From IMG/VR virus record IMGVR_UViG_3300032242_000723, positions 248,001-312,000 of that record: a DNA stretch of 64,000 bases. The stretch is one strand, 5' to 3'. The translations under genes and the position numbers were made by a program. The notes beneath the pieces are model-generated. The model was not told the origin of the DNA and did not search any database. It worked only from the letters and a program-made list of their open reading frames with translations. This document shows, one piece after another, positions 55,264-64,000 of this stretch. The first letter of the stretch is position 1; every line of letters starts with the position of its first letter.

Positions 55264-56275
55264 TGAGTTTGGTAATAAGCAGCAAGTTGAAGAGGGATTA
55301 GGCGACGGCCTACAAAGCATAGGCAATGCAGTCATCGGAAAAAATGCTACTTCTGCTATCAAAGGAATGTTCACTGGAAATCAAGAACAAGGTGTAGAAG
55401 ATGCCTTTGTAAGAAACTTTTTGACAAGTGTTACTCCTAGATTAAAACAAGCAATTTCTACTGGTTTAGTCTCTCTTCCAGCCGCCTCTGCCGCACCTGA
55501 CCTGACCAACAGAACGGCTGATGGAGCCCCACCTACGCCAGAACCAGCAGCAGCACCAAATACAACATCCTCTAATTCTAGAAAAGATGCAGCAGGAAAC
55601 GTACCATATGATGATTTAGCTGAAACTGCATATAGCAAATATGCTAAACTCAATGCGATCTTTGAAAGCATCATGTCTGAAGAAGAGGTAGTCGGTGGTT
55701 CTGAAAGTATTTCTCAATTTTTAGAGGACTGGTTTACTAAGTACATGCAAGGATACAACTGGCAATCAAGAAAACCTGTATTTGATGCAATATTTAAAGA
55801 AGTAGAATCAACATATAGCAAGACAGGCGGAAAAGAAGCACTTAAAAAACTAGCAAAGGCCGCTTTTGCAATCACAGGCGGAGCAACTCCTTCAAAGATC
55901 AATGCAACTCCTAATGATACGACGAAAAGTAATACAATACAGAATCAGCAGCCAACCCAAAATAATCAAGGCGTAGGGCAAGGTAGAGGGCAAGGCGCCG
56001 GTCAAAGTGTAGGTGGACAGGCACCAATGAGCGCATCATTCGTACAAGCACATTTGGATGCGTTGAAACAATCTGACCCTAAAGGGTATGCTGCTATTGT
56101 GAGCAAGATTATTAAAGAATATAAGAAAACATTTGCTGCAAGAAATTCTAAGAAGGCGGCGGCACCTACTCCTCCTCCAGTTCCAGCGGCAGCACCAGCG
56201 GCCGGCCCCGTCACTAAGACTGAACCGCCGGTTAAGATAGCAGAATCAAGACTTAGACGTTACCCAAAACTATAA
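55253..56275 (+). CDS. Putative head/internal protein with Ala/Pro/Gln-rich linkers
   Basis: MKINEF start; VEEG, IFES and IAES sites. Confidence 0.55.
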   Translation: MKINEFGNKQQVEEGLGDGLQSIGNAVIGKNATSAIKGMFTGNQEQGVEDAFVRNFLTSVTPRLKQAISTGLVSLPAASAAPDLTNRTADGAPPTPEPAAAPNTTSSNSRKDAAGNVPYDDLAETAYSKYAKLNAIFESIMSEEEVVGGSESISQFLEDWFTKYMQGYNWQSRKPVFDAIFKEVESTYSKTGGKEALKKLAKAAFAITGGATPSKINATPNDTTKSNTIQNQQPTQNNQGVGQGRGQGAGQSVGGQAPMSASFVQAHLDALKQSDPKGYAAIVSKIIKEYKKTFAARNSKKAAAPTPPPVPAAAPAAGPVTKTEPPVKIAESRLRRYPKL

Positions 56276-56300
56276 AACATATTGTCAAAACCGACTTTTT

Positions 56301-56357
56301 TTATTCCTAGCATAAATATATTCATGAGTCAATGAACTCACTTTTTTGAAGGAATAA
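56301..56357 (+). promoter_or_regulatory. Anti-SD/late promoter/RBS leader
   Basis: TTATTCCT (56301) pairs with AGGAATAA (56350); CATAAATA lies between them. Confidence 0.6.
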
Positions 56358-56361
56358 CAAA

Positions 56362-56775
56362 ATGACACAATTTACACGTACACATGGTGACTATCAACCA
56401 GTACAGAATATGGACTCACCAGCTTATACAGTTGGTGCGATCAACGCTGTTACTTCTGCTGCTACTGTTCAACCACAAGGTCCAAAGCTCGACTACTTCA
56501 CTATCACTGCTTCGGGTTCAACTGCTTTCAGCACAACTCAAGTAAACGTAATGATTCAAACTATCCAGCAAAAGGCAACTATCTACATCTACGAGTTCAC
56601 AACTGCTGGTCCTGATACTCTTGCAGTTGCTGTTTACCCAACTGGTGTATGGGCTCCTGTTGATGCGACTTACGGTGCAAACGCAAACGTTGTTGCAGCA
56701 ATCAATACAGCACTTACTGCTGCTTCAGTTGCTAATACTACTACTGGTACAGCTTCAGCTACCTTCACTAACTAA
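56362..56775 (+). CDS. Virion structural protein
   Basis: Thr/Ala-rich; late promoter; strong codon bias. Confidence 0.65.
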   Translation: MTQFTRTHGDYQPVQNMDSPAYTVGAINAVTSAATVQPQGPKLDYFTITASGSTAFSTTQVNVMIQTIQQKATIYIYEFTTAGPDTLAVAVYPTGVWAPVDATYGANANVVAAINTALTAASVANTTTGTASATFTN

Positions 56776-56796
56776 TCTTAGTTAGACATACTAACG

Positions 56797-56830
56797 AAAA
56801 CCCGAGAATTTAATTATTCTCGGGTTTTTT
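56797..56830. terminator. Bidirectional terminator
   Basis: AAAACCCGAGAAT/ATTCTCGGGTTTT followed by a T-run. Confidence 0.85.
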
Positions 56831-56847
56831 ATGTTCTAAATACTTGC

Positions 56848-57291
56848 ATGTCACACCGCATCTGCTGCTATACCTTATTCAATATCACTCATACTGGTGT
56901 GTTAAACAGGTCAAGGCCTAATGAAGATAATGTAAATGAATGGTTACGTAAACGCAATACACAATGTAACTTTGATACAGTACTACAAGCAATATCATTG
57001 CGGTCACAGCCCGAAGTTGTTAAGGTGCCGATAAGAATAGAAATGCAAGAAGCTGACTTTATAAAGTTTGGTTTTTTGTATAGTAAAGAAGACAAGATTA
57101 GTTACTATTGGAAGTTTGAGTTTGAAGTACAACATGCAAGTGTGTTTGAGAACGGAATCATTCCATTAGGAGCGTTATACAATGATTGCAACGGTATTCC
57201 AATGATACTATGCGAAGATCAACTTACTATGCTGTCCAACTTCTTAGATACATCATCTGAGTTAAAGAACATTCACTTTGAGGTAACATGA
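56848..57291 (+). CDS. Hypothetical late protein
   Basis: ATG 5 nt after TAAATA. Confidence 0.7.
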   Translation: MSHRICCYTLFNITHTGVLNRSRPNEDNVNEWLRKRNTQCNFDTVLQAISLRSQPEVVKVPIRIEMQEADFIKFGFLYSKEDKISYYWKFEFEVQHASVFENGIIPLGALYNDCNGIPMILCEDQLTMLSNFLDTSSELKNIHFEVT

Positions 57292-57776
57292 CGAACGCAA
57301 CTAAACTTGATCAGTTCTTTACCAGAGAGATTAACGCCGACCTGCGTGATGTATTGATCACTTGTGACAGGTTAGTCAAATATTCTTTGTTCGGTAAATA
57401 CACCATTGCCCCTACAAATGATGAATATTACAAAGTAACTATATCAGGATCCGAATCATCATATGAGTTTGCGTTGTTAAAGAACGCATTGACTTGGTGT
57501 GTATTCCGAAACTCTTCAAAACAACGTGAGGCCAGCAAGATTCAACTGCTTGACATGAAGTTATGTGGCATCGACGTTGACTTAGCTGTTCATAGACGCA
57601 AGCTAAAACTAGCAACAGATTCATTCACTAAAGACATCTATATCATCAAGGTACAAGAAGATACTATCAAGCGAAAGCAAATCGTCGCTGAAATCAATTC
57701 TTATATAAATAATTCAAGACAGATACAGGTTAAGAAGTTCACTGGCAAGAATAAGATGAATTTTAAATATCTGTGA
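57288..57776 (+). CDS. Hypothetical protein
   Basis: ATGA overlap; C-terminal coiled coil. Confidence 0.65.
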   Translation: MTNATKLDQFFTREINADLRDVLITCDRLVKYSLFGKYTIAPTNDEYYKVTISGSESSYEFALLKNALTWCVFRNSSKQREASKIQLLDMKLCGIDVDLAVHRRKLKLATDSFTKDIYIIKVQEDTIKRKQIVAEINSYINNSRQIQVKKFTGKNKMNFKYL

Positions 57777-57809
57777 TAAATACTACATCAACACGGAAGA
57801 GTAACACCT

Positions 57810-58508
57810 ATGAAACTAAATGATTTTGACAAGAAGAACGTCGCAGCTAAGGCTCTGAGAGAGTCATTCGCTATGAATTTTGATGTAACTAACCTAGATC
57901 GTCCTAAGACTCGGGCAATGCTCACTAAAGTCAATGGATTAATCAATGAATCAAAAAGATCACCTGACTTTCATAAGGCTCAGAACAATCCAACTTACAT
58001 GAAGTTAAAGTTTATGGAGCAAGTTCTAGCACAACATTTGCGTATCGCAAAGACTCCTCGCATCGTGTTTGAAAATGAAGAAGTAGAAAAGTCACAAGTC
58101 ATTCTTGCTGCACAAGATATGGTTGATTCTATTCAGAAGTATTACGAAGATGTAAACGACATGCTCGTTAAAGAACTTCCTGCTCTTGTTGATTCAATTC
58201 AATCAGAGATCGGTGCTAACGAGAGTCAAGCATACGAGCAACAAGCTGGCGAAACATTAACTGCACTCAACACCGCCCTTCAAGAAGCAAAGACCAAAAT
58301 GACAGCGGCATTAGGCGGGTTGACTGGTCAGGGTGGAATGGATGCATTCGGCGGACCTCCTGAAATGGGTGGCGAAGATGATTTGGGTGGCATGGGTTCC
58401 GAAGATGATTTGGGTGGCATGGATGACATGGGCGGCGAAGAGCTTCCTCCGATGCCTGAAGAAGAGCCTGATATGGGTTTAGGTAGCGTCGGTCGCGCAA
58501 AGAGATAA
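57810..58508 (+). CDS. Putative prohead core/scaffold-like protein
   Basis: MKLNDF start; helical body; acidic G/M/D/E tail with a GEDDLGGM duplication. Confidence 0.5.
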   Translation: MKLNDFDKKNVAAKALRESFAMNFDVTNLDRPKTRAMLTKVNGLINESKRSPDFHKAQNNPTYMKLKFMEQVLAQHLRIAKTPRIVFENEEVEKSQVILAAQDMVDSIQKYYEDVNDMLVKELPALVDSIQSEIGANESQAYEQQAGETLTALNTALQEAKTKMTAALGGLTGQGGMDAFGGPPEMGGEDDLGGMGSEDDLGGMDDMGGEELPPMPEEEPDMGLGSVGRAKR

Positions 58509-58510
58509 TA

Positions 58511-58843
58511 ATGCGTCTCTTTGAATTTGATCAGGAAAAAGCTCAGGTAACTCAGATCGTTGCTTTAATAAATCAGTTAAAGCAGGATATTGAGGATGGA
58601 GACATCGATCCTCAAGATTATACCGTTGACGAGCTACTTGACTATTTTCAAATGTATGACATCATATTAGATGTAAACGATCTATACAACATGATTAAAG
58701 TGCCTCCGCTTAAGGACCTTATCAAAAACATTCAAGGTGATAAGGTATTATTTGTTGGTCAAGGCGAAGAAGACGCCCTCGACGCACCAGAAGATGAGCA
58801 AGAAAAAGTCGTTGCTAAGATGGCTAAATCTGCAATGAAGTAA
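58511..58843 (+). CDS. Acidic putative head protein
   Basis: MRLFEF start. Confidence 0.55.
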   Translation: MRLFEFDQEKAQVTQIVALINQLKQDIEDGDIDPQDYTVDELLDYFQMYDIILDVNDLYNMIKVPPLKDLIKNIQGDKVLFVGQGEEDALDAPEDEQEKVVAKMAKSAMK

Positions 58844-58887
58844 CCATATCTGTTGACATATGATCGCTACTGTAGTAACATGCAACT

Positions 58888-59604
58888 ATGTCAATAACCA
58901 ATAAGTTTCCCTATAAAGAAATGAGTAAGGTATCCGTCGACGGTAAACGACGGTACCTCACTCCAGATGGGCTCAAAGTCCCTAGTGTAACGACTATCCT
59001 AGACTCGACTAAATCAGAAGAATCTAAGCAAGCTCTGCAAAACTGGCGTAATAGCATAGGACACAAAAAAGCTGCTGAAATCACAACTGAAGCAGCAGGC
59101 CGTGGCACTCGTATGCACAAGTGGATTGAAAACTACATCAAAGATGATGTCATCGGAGATCCAGGTAGCAATCCTTACAGTCAAACAAGTCACATGATGG
59201 CTAAGCAGATTATTGAAAAGGGTTTAGTGAACTGTGACGAGTATTGGGGCACAGAGGTTTCATTACATTTCCCTGAAGTCTATGCGGGTACGACTGATCT
59301 ATGTGGTGTTCATGCTGGCGCAGAAGCAATCATGGACCATAAACAATCAAACAAGCCAAAGAAGCGTGAGTGGATTGACGATTACTTTGTTCAAACTGCT
59401 GCATATGCTATTGCACATAATGAAGTGTTTAATACAAAGATACGCAAGGGCGTTATCTTTATGTGTGTCCCTCCTACTCAAGCAATAGATCACACTTGGT
59501 CAACTCCTCAATATTTAGAGTTCATCATTGAAGGTAATGAGTTTGACAAGTATGAAAACTTATGGTGGAAACGGTTAGAAGCCTACTATAGCAAACTCGT
59601 TTAA
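58888..59604 (+). CDS. PD-(D/E)xK exonuclease (Cas4/ExoV-like)
   Basis: PSVTTIL, GTRMH, YAGTTDL, DHKQS, QTAAYA; promoter TTGACA at 58853. Confidence 0.88.
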   Translation: MSITNKFPYKEMSKVSVDGKRRYLTPDGLKVPSVTTILDSTKSEESKQALQNWRNSIGHKKAAEITTEAAGRGTRMHKWIENYIKDDVIGDPGSNPYSQTSHMMAKQIIEKGLVNCDEYWGTEVSLHFPEVYAGTTDLCGVHAGAEAIMDHKQSNKPKKREWIDDYFVQTAAYAIAHNEVFNTKIRKGVIFMCVPPTQAIDHTWSTPQYLEFIIEGNEFDKYENLWWKRLEAYYSKLV

Positions 59605-59619
59605 GGGTTTCACAACATC

Positions 59620-59656
59620 AAGTGATAAATAACTGTAACAACAGGTAATATCACTT
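59620..59656 (+). promoter_or_regulatory. Inverted repeat enclosing late promoter and RBS
   Basis: AAGTGATA (59620)/TATCACTT (59649) abuts the ATG. Confidence 0.55.
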
Positions 59657-61888
59657 ATGGCAATTATCCAGATTTCAAAATTACAAGCCCGATCAGGTAA
59701 TCTAGTAGACCTACCTCAACTAGATGAAGCTGAGTTTGCCTGGGCATCAGATGACAAAAGACTGTTCATCGGTAAAACAACACCAAATGAAAACATCGAA
59801 GTTCTAACTGGCTATTCAAATATTAGCTTTAGTCAGATTACAGGTTCAGTTGGTAACCTTAATATTAATCCTGTAACACTCGCTGACGGGCAAGCACTAA
59901 TATATGACGGGACCAATTGGGTAAATCGTGGCGGCGATGTCGGAGGCTTAATCAATCTAGGCAATGTTGCTAATATAAAGATCACCGGTCAAGCTGGTAT
60001 TGGTTATGTGCTTCAGACAGACGGTCTAGGTAATCTATCTTGGACACCAAAAGGTGCGTTATATACCCCTATCGTCAACCTAACTAACAATACATCTGGC
60101 AATGTCATTACGATGAAGGTTGCCAACACAACGCCATATACTAACAAACAGTTAGTTACGATCAGCGGCGGCGTAATCGCAAATGCATCAGCTTCCGGCA
60201 ATATAAACGGAAAATCATTCTATGTTAAGTTGGCTACTGATTACGCATCAACTGGAAATGTAACTCTATATACTGATCTACTATTAACCACGACAGCTAA
60301 CGGTGCCGGACTGACATCATATACTGCTAACTCAGGTGTAGCGACTGCTAGTTTAGGTTCAGGTTCAGGTACAGCAACTGCTGGCGGAACTAATACTATG
60401 GTTCAGTTTAACAATACTACATTGTTAGATGGTAGTTCAGACTTCACCTGGGATTTTGGTGCAGCTAAAGTTCTTACTGTTGTCGGCAACGCCAACGTAA
60501 CCAATCTAAATGCAACTGGCGTGGGTACGGCTACTCGCTTTATTTCTAACATTGCTACTGGCACTACTCCTCTTCAAGTCGTTTCTACTACTCGTGTTGC
60601 AAATCTAAACGTTGCAAACGCTGGCTATTCAGATATCGCAGGTACAGTAACGACTAATGCTCAGCCAAATATCACTTCAGTTGGATCATTATCTTCACTC
60701 ACTGTAACTGGCAATGCAAATGTTGGTAATGTAGGTACTGCACAAGTTCTCGCAACTGCAAACGTCATCTCACCTCAACTGATCTCTAATATCACTACTG
60801 GAACTGCTCCGTTTGTTGTCACTTCAACTACCCAAGTGGCAAACCTAAATGTAGCAACTGCAGGCACTGTAACAACCAATGCTCAACCAAATATCACAAG
60901 TGTTGGTACTCTAACTGGATTGGGAGTCAATGGTACTATAACAGCAGTCAATATCACCGCAAATACAGGTGTATTCACTGGTAATGGCAATGGATTAAGT
61001 TCCATTGTTGGTGCAAATGTAACTGGAACTGTAACAAGTGCAACTAACGCATCTGCACTATTACAAAACACGTCAACAGCGACTACAGTTTACCCGACAT
61101 TTACTACTTCAAGTGCGAATGGTAACTCATCTGCGGTAATCAATACTTCTATTAGTGCGAATTTAAGTAATGCCTCAATTACAGCTACGACTTTTGTTGG
61201 TGCTTTATCTGGTGCTGCAACAACAGCGGGGACAGTAACCACTAACGCACAACCAAATATCACAAGTGTTGGTACTCTCAGTGCATTAACAGTAACTGCA
61301 AATGTCGCAACAGGCGGAATCAAGACTGACAACTATTATTACGCAAACGGTGTATCAATCAGCTTTGCAGGATCATATAGTAACTCTAATGTAGCTGCTT
61401 ATTTACCAACCTTTACAGGCACTGTGGGAGCAACTGCTCTTACTACAGGTGCAAACACTACAGTAGGCACGATTACTGGTAACTGGGGACTAAGCACTGG
61501 TTCTAAGCTAACTGCAACCTACGCTGACTTAGCAGAATATTATACAGCCGATGCTACATATCTACCGGGCACAGTTCTTGCATTCGGTGGTGATCAAGAA
61601 GTAACACTTGCATTAAATGAAACAAACAAAGTTGCAGGGGTGGTAACTACAAATCCAGCATTCGTGATGAATGAAACTTGCAAAGGTCCTGCTGTAGCGA
61701 TTGCTCTTCAAGGACGTGTACCATGCAAAGTTACAGGCACTATTCACAAGGGTGACATGATGGTCAGTGCAGGAAACGGTTATGCGAAAGCATCGGAATC
61801 ACCGGCAATCGGAACTGTTATCGGCAAATCATTAGAAAACTTCGACGGCATTGATGGTATCATTGAAGTCGCAATCGGCAAAACATAA
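59657..61888 (+). CDS. Tail fibre-like protein with C-terminal intramolecular chaperone-like domain
   Basis: Mtd-N-like start; three AGTVTTNAQPNITSVG(S/T)L repeats; ADLAEYY...GTVLAFGG...IALQGRVPCKV...GDMMVS C-terminus. Confidence 0.75.
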   Translation: MAIIQISKLQARSGNLVDLPQLDEAEFAWASDDKRLFIGKTTPNENIEVLTGYSNISFSQITGSVGNLNINPVTLADGQALIYDGTNWVNRGGDVGGLINLGNVANIKITGQAGIGYVLQTDGLGNLSWTPKGALYTPIVNLTNNTSGNVITMKVANTTPYTNKQLVTISGGVIANASASGNINGKSFYVKLATDYASTGNVTLYTDLLLTTTANGAGLTSYTANSGVATASLGSGSGTATAGGTNTMVQFNNTTLLDGSSDFTWDFGAAKVLTVVGNANVTNLNATGVGTATRFISNIATGTTPLQVVSTTRVANLNVANAGYSDIAGTVTTNAQPNITSVGSLSSLTVTGNANVGNVGTAQVLATANVISPQLISNITTGTAPFVVTSTTQVANLNVATAGTVTTNAQPNITSVGTLTGLGVNGTITAVNITANTGVFTGNGNGLSSIVGANVTGTVTSATNASALLQNTSTATTVYPTFTTSSANGNSSAVINTSISANLSNASITATTFVGALSGAATTAGTVTTNAQPNITSVGTLSALTVTANVATGGIKTDNYYYANGVSISFAGSYSNSNVAAYLPTFTGTVGATALTTGANTTVGTITGNWGLSTGSKLTATYADLAEYYTADATYLPGTVLAFGGDQEVTLALNETNKVAGVVTTNPAFVMNETCKGPAVAIALQGRVPCKVTGTIHKGDMMVSAGNGYAKASESPAIGTVIGKSLENFDGIDGIIEVAIGKT

Positions 61889-61899
61889 GGAATAATAAC

Positions 61900-62457
61900 A
61901 TGGCTTCATACGTTTATACAGCATCAGGTTCGGTAGCAGCATCTGCAAACATCGCAACTGATAAGGTCAGAATCGCTACCACATCTGGTCCGATTCACTT
62001 TACTACGAGTTTTCCAAACGTTGCAATAACTGGTACGATAACCTGTGCTACCAACAGCAAAACAGTAACTGGCGTAGGTACTTCATTTACCACTGAGTTA
62101 GCAATCGGTACTTGGTTAGGGAATACGACAGGAAGTAATGTTGGCATCGTCGCAGCAATCGCAAACAACACAAGCCTTACTTTAGTTGCAAATGCTGCGG
62201 TAGCAATCTCAGGCGCTGCTGCCAGATATAATCCATATGGCGTTCCATATACTGTTGCTACAACTAGCAGTGAAATCATTCCAGCTAGTACATTAGAAAA
62301 CAGCATCACAGTTGGTCAAGGCAACATTGTATCATATCTCAATGTGACTGGTGCAACTGCTGCACCGTTTAGCATCACTGAACTTGGTATGCCTCACCCA
62401 AATAGTGGTGCATCAGGCTTCCCATCTACACCAGCGAATGGCGGACCTAGCAGCTAA
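61900..62457 (+). CDS. Virion structural protein
   Basis: Ala/Thr/Gly-rich beta protein; AAGGAA RBS. Confidence 0.65.
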   Translation: MASYVYTASGSVAASANIATDKVRIATTSGPIHFTTSFPNVAITGTITCATNSKTVTGVGTSFTTELAIGTWLGNTTGSNVGIVAAIANNTSLTLVANAAVAISGAAARYNPYGVPYTVATTSSEIIPASTLENSITVGQGNIVSYLNVTGATAAPFSITELGMPHPNSGASGFPSTPANGGPSS

Positions 62458-62463
62458 AAAACG

Positions 62464-62557
62464 CTCCTGTTTGATAAATAGATTCATACGCTCTCGCTCG
62501 GAGAGTTTATGCAGTTTAACCCACTGCGTAGCAAGTAGACCTTGCACCAAACAGGAG
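62464..62557 (+). promoter_or_regulatory. Structured multi-hairpin 5' leader with RBS-sequestering stem
   Basis: CTCCTGTTTG/CAAACAGGAG 10-bp stem encloses GATAAATA and three hairpins. Confidence 0.7.
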
Positions 62558-62564
62558 AAAACAA

Positions 62565-63932
62565 ATGGGTCGTCCTCTAAAAATCGCAAAAGCACAAGCC
62601 GTGCTTACTATCACTGATACCAATACAAATGGTACTGTGACTGTCACACAAAATCTAACTACTGAACCAACCGTTGGCGTAGCTGAATGGATGAAGTTCA
62701 CTGTAGCAACTACAGTCGGTGGTCTAACCGCAGGTCAAACTTACTACATTCTTGCTATTACTGGTAATAACACATTCACTGTCTCATCAACACAAAAAAG
62801 CGTTCAACCACAAGTTAGCCCAACATTATCTACTACTACAGGTGGTTCTGTTAGTGCAACTGTTAACGCTGTTGACATGTACTTCAACAATCCAGATGGT
62901 GGCACTGGTTATCCAGCAACTAACGCAAATACTTATTCAGTAGTCGGTGGTAACACTGCACTTTATGGTAAGCAAGTTCTTTGTAACGTAGCATTCGGTG
63001 TCAATGGAACTGGTACTGTATTTGCTAATGCAAGTAGCAACATCGTAGTTGGTCTTGGTACTGACTTCGCGAATCTTGCAACTGGTACAATACTATTTTC
63101 AACTGGTACGGACGGCACCGTGACTCTTCTCGGTACAGGCACTGCAACTAAGGGCAATCTAACAGTTGCACTAGCTAACTCTGCTGCAAACGGTACTATC
63201 GGTACTTCAGGAAATGCACAGACACTATCAGTCAACACTCCGGTTGTATTTAACAGCACATTCGGTGGCAACATCACGTCTGGTACTACTTATTATGTTA
63301 AGGCTATCGCTAACGCAGCCGCATTCACTGTATCAACTACAGTTGGTGGTGCAACTTTAGCATTGAGTGCAAACGCTTCTGTAACTGGTAATGCGATTCA
63401 AAATCGTGTTGTTCTTGGTGCTGTATCTTCAAACGATGCTAGTGCAAATGCATTTGTTCAAGCACTTCCAGAAGCAGGCTATATTGTCCGTCAAAAGGGC
63501 AAGACAAAGTATCTCGTAACTGGCACAACAACGGCTATTACTGGTGCGGTTTATACTGCTAACGTCGCAAACACTGCGTTGACACCAAACACAATGTCAA
63601 TCATTGCAACTAACGCGGCATCTGGTACACAGTATATTTCAAGCGTGAATGATCATAGTTCACAACTATTCCCAGCAACTGTTGCTCCTGGTTCATTAGT
63701 AACTGGTACTGTATATACAATCTACAGTGCAGGTACTACCAACTGGACATCAGTTGGTGCAGCCGCAAACATCACTGGTGTCACATTCGCTGCTACTGGT
63801 ACTGCTTCTGGTACAGGTTTAGCAGTGTTGAGTACTGTTAACCCGGATGTTATTTCTTCATTCAACACAGCCGCTGTTGCGAATGCTGCAAATGGTCAGC
63901 CAAACCCAATCGTCACTATCAACAACGCATAA
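62565..63932 (+). CDS. Virion structural protein with two internal beta repeats
   Basis: MGRPLK start; two G..TYY.......FTVS.T modules; Thr/Ala/Gly-rich. Confidence 0.7.
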   Translation: MGRPLKIAKAQAVLTITDTNTNGTVTVTQNLTTEPTVGVAEWMKFTVATTVGGLTAGQTYYILAITGNNTFTVSSTQKSVQPQVSPTLSTTTGGSVSATVNAVDMYFNNPDGGTGYPATNANTYSVVGGNTALYGKQVLCNVAFGVNGTGTVFANASSNIVVGLGTDFANLATGTILFSTGTDGTVTLLGTGTATKGNLTVALANSAANGTIGTSGNAQTLSVNTPVVFNSTFGGNITSGTTYYVKAIANAAAFTVSTTVGGATLALSANASVTGNAIQNRVVLGAVSSNDASANAFVQALPEAGYIVRQKGKTKYLVTGTTTAITGAVYTANVANTALTPNTMSIIATNAASGTQYISSVNDHSSQLFPATVAPGSLVTGTVYTIYSAGTTNWTSVGAAANITGVTFAATGTASGTGLAVLSTVNPDVISSFNTAAVANAANGQPNPIVTINNA

Positions 63933-63943
63933 GGATTATTGGT

Positions 63944-64000
63944 ATGGTTCAGCCTTCTTCCATTAGACAAATCAAGCAGACTGAAACCGACGTTGCAGTC
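63944..64000 (+). CDS. Partial CDS (3'-truncated)
   Basis: AAGGA RBS; MVQPSSIRQIKQTETDVAV runs off the window. Confidence 0.6.
   Translation, partial: MVQPSSIRQIKQTETDVAV

Noticed and set aside
58888-59604. Cas4-like nuclease as part of a CRISPR system
   Set aside because: No array or other cas genes; such exonucleases are common stand-alone phage genes.
1-64000. Stop-codon reassignment
   Set aside because: Standard code 11 gives dense, full-length genes, and TAA, TAG and TGA all end genes.

Overview
This window is part of a large dsDNA bacteriophage genome (T4-like myovirus or jumbo-phage style), almost all on the + strand. It carries T4-like core genes: terminase large subunit, gp32-like SSB, UvsX, UvsY-like, UvsW, primase and gp41/DnaB helicase. 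It also carries DHFR and thymidylate synthase, a spanin pair, baseplate and fibre proteins, and two sugar/modification gene clusters (B12 radical SAM, carbamoyltransferase, giant Trp/Pro repeat protein; epimerase, DegT aminotransferase, methyltransferases). Accessory genes include a FabF-like ketosynthase, peptide deformylase, RNA ligase and a MoxR-vWA pair. The most notable items read directly from the sequence are: (1) a circularly permuted two-piece tmRNA with a structured 105-nt intervening segment, suggesting an alphaproteobacterial host; (2) a 55-nt conserved promoter/hairpin/RBS element in front of two unrelated endonuclease genes; (3) a 1006-aa polyprotein (nucleotidyltransferase, three copies of an unknown domain, DUF2786-like, ADP-ribosyltransferase-like) whose modules are separated by T4 prohead-protease-like (I/L/F)-x-E sites, plus small proteins with capsid-targeting-like N-termini; (4) a 193-aa DnaE-like fragment that retains all three catalytic Asp; (5) systematic leaderless genes and anti-SD/late-promoter leaders. 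All family assignments come from motif recognition only; no database searches were run.
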